A stretch of 53,747 bases of DNA, counting the filler, from Catajapyx aquilonaris (Eukaryota): assembly GCA_000934665.2 (NCBI GenBank). It is 2 parts of 2 records of this genome, joined end to end, with 100 filler letters (N's around TTAATTAATTAA, not from the genome) between each part and the next. Parts side by side here need not be neighbours in the genome. Positions count along the whole stretch, not along the records: positions 27,064 to 53,747 come from KZ539299.1; 1 more part is not named here. The stretch is one strand, 5' to 3'. The notes beneath the pieces were generated by a model. That model was not told where the DNA came from. It ran no database searches and was given only the letters and a program-made list of their open reading frames with translations. Below, one piece after another: positions 49,063 to 53,747 of this stretch. The stretch's first letter is position 1; each line of letters opens with the position of its first letter. The position numbers were made by a program, and so were the translations under genes.

Positions 49063-52000
49063 ACCCGCATTGGAAGTAACAATATGGGACAACATATTGT
49101 CGGGAATGTTGTATCTCCTCTGGCTACTGGTTGCTGAGATTATCAACCCATAGCTTATTCTTTCCTTGAAAAGGAGTCTTGGGTAGGACACCACCAGATG
49201 TAATGCTTTCATTGCAGCTCTATAGATTATTGGAAAGTTGTCATCCGCCTCCTCTTTTGCTCATGGCGGTGGCGGTGCATTTGGCAGGGCGCGAGGTAGA
49301 GTTTATTTTGTTCAGACTTCAGAGCATTAAATCAATTCAAAATGCATGCATTTCATCGAATGTCGCTCAAAATTGGAATGAGAACCAGTGAATTAAGCAG
49401 AGACAAGTACTTCAATATTGCACATAGCCCGATAGCCTATATTGGCAAAAATGTGTGGTACAACACTGTACTTGCAAATTGCACTGTGCGAACCCAATTT
49501 AAATTACAAAATAGAGCAACTCCTCTAGAGCTGCTGCTAGTACTGTATACAACAACCTCTATTTAACTTTTAAATGGCCATAGTTGGCTTCTCAAAACAA
49601 TGTGCAGTATTGAATTCACAATCACATTATAAAATGCGCATTGTACCCACATTACGAACATTCTCATCAATTAACACGCCTTTAATAAATTATAAACAGA
49701 AATAATTACAAAGCAAAAAAAATACCAACATCGTACCTTCCTGCTTGTGGTTGGATCCTCTCATAAGTACACTGCTGCTTTTCATTTTCCCCACCATCAT
49801 CTCAGGAGAAGTACTGCTTTCCTACTGACACATCTTTTGTACCTGTAGCTCAGACCTAGCCGCATTCCTGCTTATCTGGCCATGGAATGTCCAATTGAGA
49901 GAGACGTGCTCACGTGTGGCTTAGACTGCATTGTTCTGCACTCACACTTCACAGTCTAGTGGTCTTCCAAATGTTACTTGGCGTTTCCAAATGAGGAGAG
50001 GGGTATCTCCCGCGTTGCCGCCGCCGGTTCTGATAATGGCTAGATAAAACCGAAGAATTCGGAGAATTTACTTAAAGGCACAAACAGGAGCAATTATGAG
50101 GAAAGTAGGTCAAAAATGCAGTCGAAATATAGGCAAGTAAGCGCGAGAGGACCCAAGGCAAAAGTGGGTCAAAAAGTTCCCTAATTTTAGAAAATGTTTT
50201 CAGGGCTTGGATGTTTGAAAATGATATCATGCCTTTCTGTACGAAAAAAGTTAAACTTGCATAATTATAACCGGGATATAAATAGCATAAAGCGTAAACT
50301 TTCCTAATGAGAATCTTTGGTCCCAGCGCAGGATATTCCGTCTGTTTCTATCGCCATTCCCGTTTTTCTATTAGTTATTATAGGCAGCTATGATATCAAG
50401 GATTCAAGGGAATCTCATGGCTAACTGTTATTGATCTGGTGAATTAATGAGAAAGTGTTGGTATAGGCGAAGTTGGTGTGATATACCATGCAAAAGTTCC
50501 AGTTGGATTCATCCAGGGAAAATAAATCGAATAATACGTGACTGGCGCCCTTGATAGCATTACACTTTATAGGAAACTAACATTACTGATACAGGGTGTA
50601 ATGAACCAGCAGTAAAATGATTTAAATTTCAATTATTGCATAATTATATGTCAGTCTGTTTTATCTATGGTATGTTTCAAATTGGCCCAAACTGCAAAAT
50701 AACAATATTCAAATAACTGCTGGAGTGTGATTCACACTCCAGTTTTTTGTGAAAGCCCCTTTCATTTTTTGCAGTTGACATTAATAGAGACAAAGTCTCT
50801 CTACATTAGAAATGATATTTGTGCGAGGATGGTGCAGTGAACTGTAGATCCCATAAAACCTCCACGGATTGGTTGCTTTGACGGTCCACTGCGGTTTTAG
50901 TGGAAGTTGTTTCACTAATGGTCTCTATTGAAAAGTAAAGCACAGCACACTAGGCACAGTACAGTATTTTGCTACCCTTTCCCAGGTATACGGTTTGGTT
51001 GTTGATGTTGGAAAGCTCCAGAGTTGTTGACCATCCTTTGTGAATAAGGTGAGAATGGTGCGAATCGCTAATGTGTTATGAGGTTATTTTTTGTACCGTA
51101 CAAATGTGTACCCTTTTTGGTGTATCGCTAGTCGGTGGTCGGCCAAGTGGCGGCAACTACGCCAACTAAGCGCCGAAATAAGAGTTGCAGGTCCGATCAG
51201 CCAAGTCAAAATGCATTTCTGGGGTGTGATGTAACATTCCGGGTGGTAAAGTTTCCATGCCTGTTCGCCATATTGGATTGCTTTGTAATCATGGCCACTA
51301 CACCTCAGAGAGGTGGATTCATGTCCACACGCTTTGGGGAAGCCATGTGCTCCAATAAAACACAATCACGACGCTGTGAAGCGTTTCCTAAAACGTCCCA
51401 ATTAAGCGGAATGATATTTGAAACATGCGCTGGTCGTGCCTATATGCGACCTAGTGTACAGTGTGAGTGGCTCGTACGTATGTAACGATGATGAGAAGCT
51501 CAGATGTTATTAATTCCGGTTCCTACCAACAAAGGCAACAATACAGACAATCACTGTTGACTTAGACTAAAAAAACATTCACAATAAATTATTAAAGATA
51601 CACAAACACAAACATTTAGTCCATAATGCATGAAGGTACCGCATTTTTCAAGACATTTTCTCTTTGCTAAAACAATATTGGCAGAAGTCTTTAAAAAAAT
51701 AAAAAATAAACGCTACTTATCAATATCTCCCACGAAAACATTCTCAACCCTCAGTATGATACCTCAAGGGTCCTTTTTGGATCCTACGCAGCGCAGTAGG
51801 ACCAAATCGAAAAAAGGCGGACAAAAGTATATTTTTGGACTTTTTGGAGACACTTTTACCTCCATCCATTCCTATCCATCCATTCCTATAAAATGGGATC
51901 ATAGCATAATGCACTCTTTTTAGTGGAAAAGTTACTCCAAACTTGTGTGGAGCCTCGCAAAATTGTCTAAGATTTCAGTTGCGCGAAATTCTTTGTTTCT

Positions 52001-52377
52001 TGTCAAAACTGGCGACGTACGTATCACCGTCTTTAGACAGTTCCAGGAGCATGTAATAATATATTGTAATGATTAGTGCATGTCATGACCCCATTCTTTA
52101 TCAATAAAATGATGCAATAATATCACGTACCTAATACAAACCTTTGGTGCTTTACTAACACCCTTTCTGAAACCCCCATTTTGAACGGTTTTCCTAATAA
52201 AAGACGAGGCATACAAAACGGAAGATATACGAGAAGACACGCAAATTTATGGCCTAAACCGTGGACAAGAAGTCCCTGGATCGGACTGAGATAAATTCAG
52301 CTGCGCCATCCTGCGCCGGTGCCCGGGGCAGGGCAGAACGTAGGCCCTAACGAAATTACCAGAAATTGCACAGTATT

Positions 52378-53127
52378 CCCAAATTGAAAACCGTTACCAA
52401 AAGTCACAAAATAGCATTTTCTTGACAAAATTTATGATTCGAGGGGTTTTCATGGTCCAGAAATTAAAATCTGTTGCTAAAAATCCAAAATTCAAAATGG
52501 CGGATCCAATATGGCAGACCTCTGAGAGTAAAACGACTCAAATTAAATGAAAAATTGGGATTTGAGGGGTTTCCAGGTAGAAGATTTCAAATCTAATGTT
52601 ACAATTTCACATTTAAAAATGGCGGATCCAATATGACAGATCAGCCCTATGACACTCCTCGAATACGGTAGTGTAATAACTGTGTCACATTGTTCGCTAA
52701 TACGCCATCTTGTTCAAGGTACAACTGTGGTAGGTAGCGGGTAGTCTGCCGCGATTGGCTGAATCCTTCTTTCCTTTATAGTACACCTTGAAAATAGCGA
52801 ACAATGTAGCGCCGCCAGCGCCAAATTCCCAGCCTGGCAATCACACAGTAATTAAACTACCGTATCCATACAACTGGGGGGGAGTGACAGGGGCCTGTCA
52901 CAGATATATTAAACCAATATTTGAAATCTACTACCTGGAAACCCCCGAATACCAATTTTCGATTTAATTTGAGTCGTTTTACTCTCAGAGGTCTGCCATA
53001 TTGGATCCGCCAGTTTGAATTTTGAAATATTAACAACATATTTGAAATTGTCGACCATGAAAACCCCCTAACCATGAATTTTATCAAGAAAATGCCATTA
53101 TTTTGTCCACCTTTTTTTCAATTTGGT
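52378..53127. mobile_element. Long-inverted-repeat element with AAAATGGCGGATCCAATATGGC subrepeats and a second inverted-repeat unit at its centre
   Basis: About 52378-52600 is inverted relative to about 52905-53127. An inner inverted pair ATACGGTAGT.TAAT.ACTGTGT lies at about 52663 and 52843-52867. Confidence 0.72.
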
Positions 53128-53211
53128 GCGCCGTTTTTATTATTTTTATGAACTTACATCAACAGCAAAAGTGAAATATTTTATATCTCCTAAATTCAGT
53201 CTGTATTATAA

Positions 53212-53283
53212 TTATAATCCGCAATACAGAGAATAATCCGCAACGCATTATAATCCGCAATATAGAGAATAATCTTCAACACA
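53212..53283. repeat. Two-copy ~35 bp tandem repeat built from ATAATCCGCAA subunits
   Basis: TTATAATCCGCAATA(C/T)AGAGAATAATC... occurs twice. Confidence 0.75.
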
Positions 53284-53747
53284 CATACTGAGGCACGTTA
53301 CACGGCAGCTTTGTATCGCTTTTCAGGGAGCCGCTTCGCGTAGAGAGATTCATCTATGTCGTGTAACTTGTTCTAAATCGCTTCAAAACTCGAAGCGACG
53401 TTCGCTAGGGCCTTAAGATAAACTACCTTGTATAATCGATTCAAGGGATTAGAAGCGGGTTGAGCCTGCCGTGTAAACTGGACGACCCTTCAAGAGCGCT
53501 CTAAAATACGTTGCCATGTATTTGCAGCTAATAGCTGCAAATATTGGGATCGCAAAAAAAGTAAATAACCACTAAAATAATAGCCAATGCTGCTCCCAAT
53601 CGCACCCAACTCCAGAGGGGGTGAGAATTGGAAGGAGGTGGGGGATATATTAGTCCGGATGGTAAGGGTTTGAACCGTTCACTTTGTGACGAAAGCATGA
53701 AATTTGGCATAGATGTAGAATAAACCTTGCTCTTCAAATACAGATGT

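Noticed and set aside
51700..51790. IPQGSFLDP resembling the reverse transcriptase PQGS motif
   Set aside because: Too short and isolated to call a LINE fragment with confidence.
1..53747. CRISPR arrays, operons or prokaryotic defence systems
   Set aside because: The sequence is eukaryotic with spliceosomal introns, and no regularly spaced repeat-spacer array was seen.

Overview
Eukaryotic DNA, arthropod and probably hexapod/insect, assembled from two contigs joined artificially at 26964-27063 by N44-TTAATTAATTAA-N44. The left contig (1-26963) holds at least seven phase-consistent minus-strand coding exons (about 728 codons) of a probable Arkadia/RNF111-like SUMO-targeted E3 ligase. SIM-like motifs and His/Pro-rich segments are present; the RING exons would lie left of the window. 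Its introns are packed with DNA transposons, many of them near-complete palindromes. These include an apparently intact intron-containing DD41D (rosa/Visitor-type) transposase whose catalytic-domain coding sequence is duplicated in inverted orientation upstream, a decayed IR/DR Tc1 interrupted by a 1.66 kb Sola2-like palindrome, and a 1.93 kb foldback element. There are also piggyBac-, Kolobok-, Harbinger- and pogo-like MITEs and tRNA-derived SINEs, nested up to three deep. The right contig (27064-53747) holds the promoter and first two coding exons of the amyloid precursor protein-like gene (Appl, minus strand), a long, repeat-poor second intron and a repeat-rich upstream region. All calls come from reading the sequence by eye; no database searches were run.
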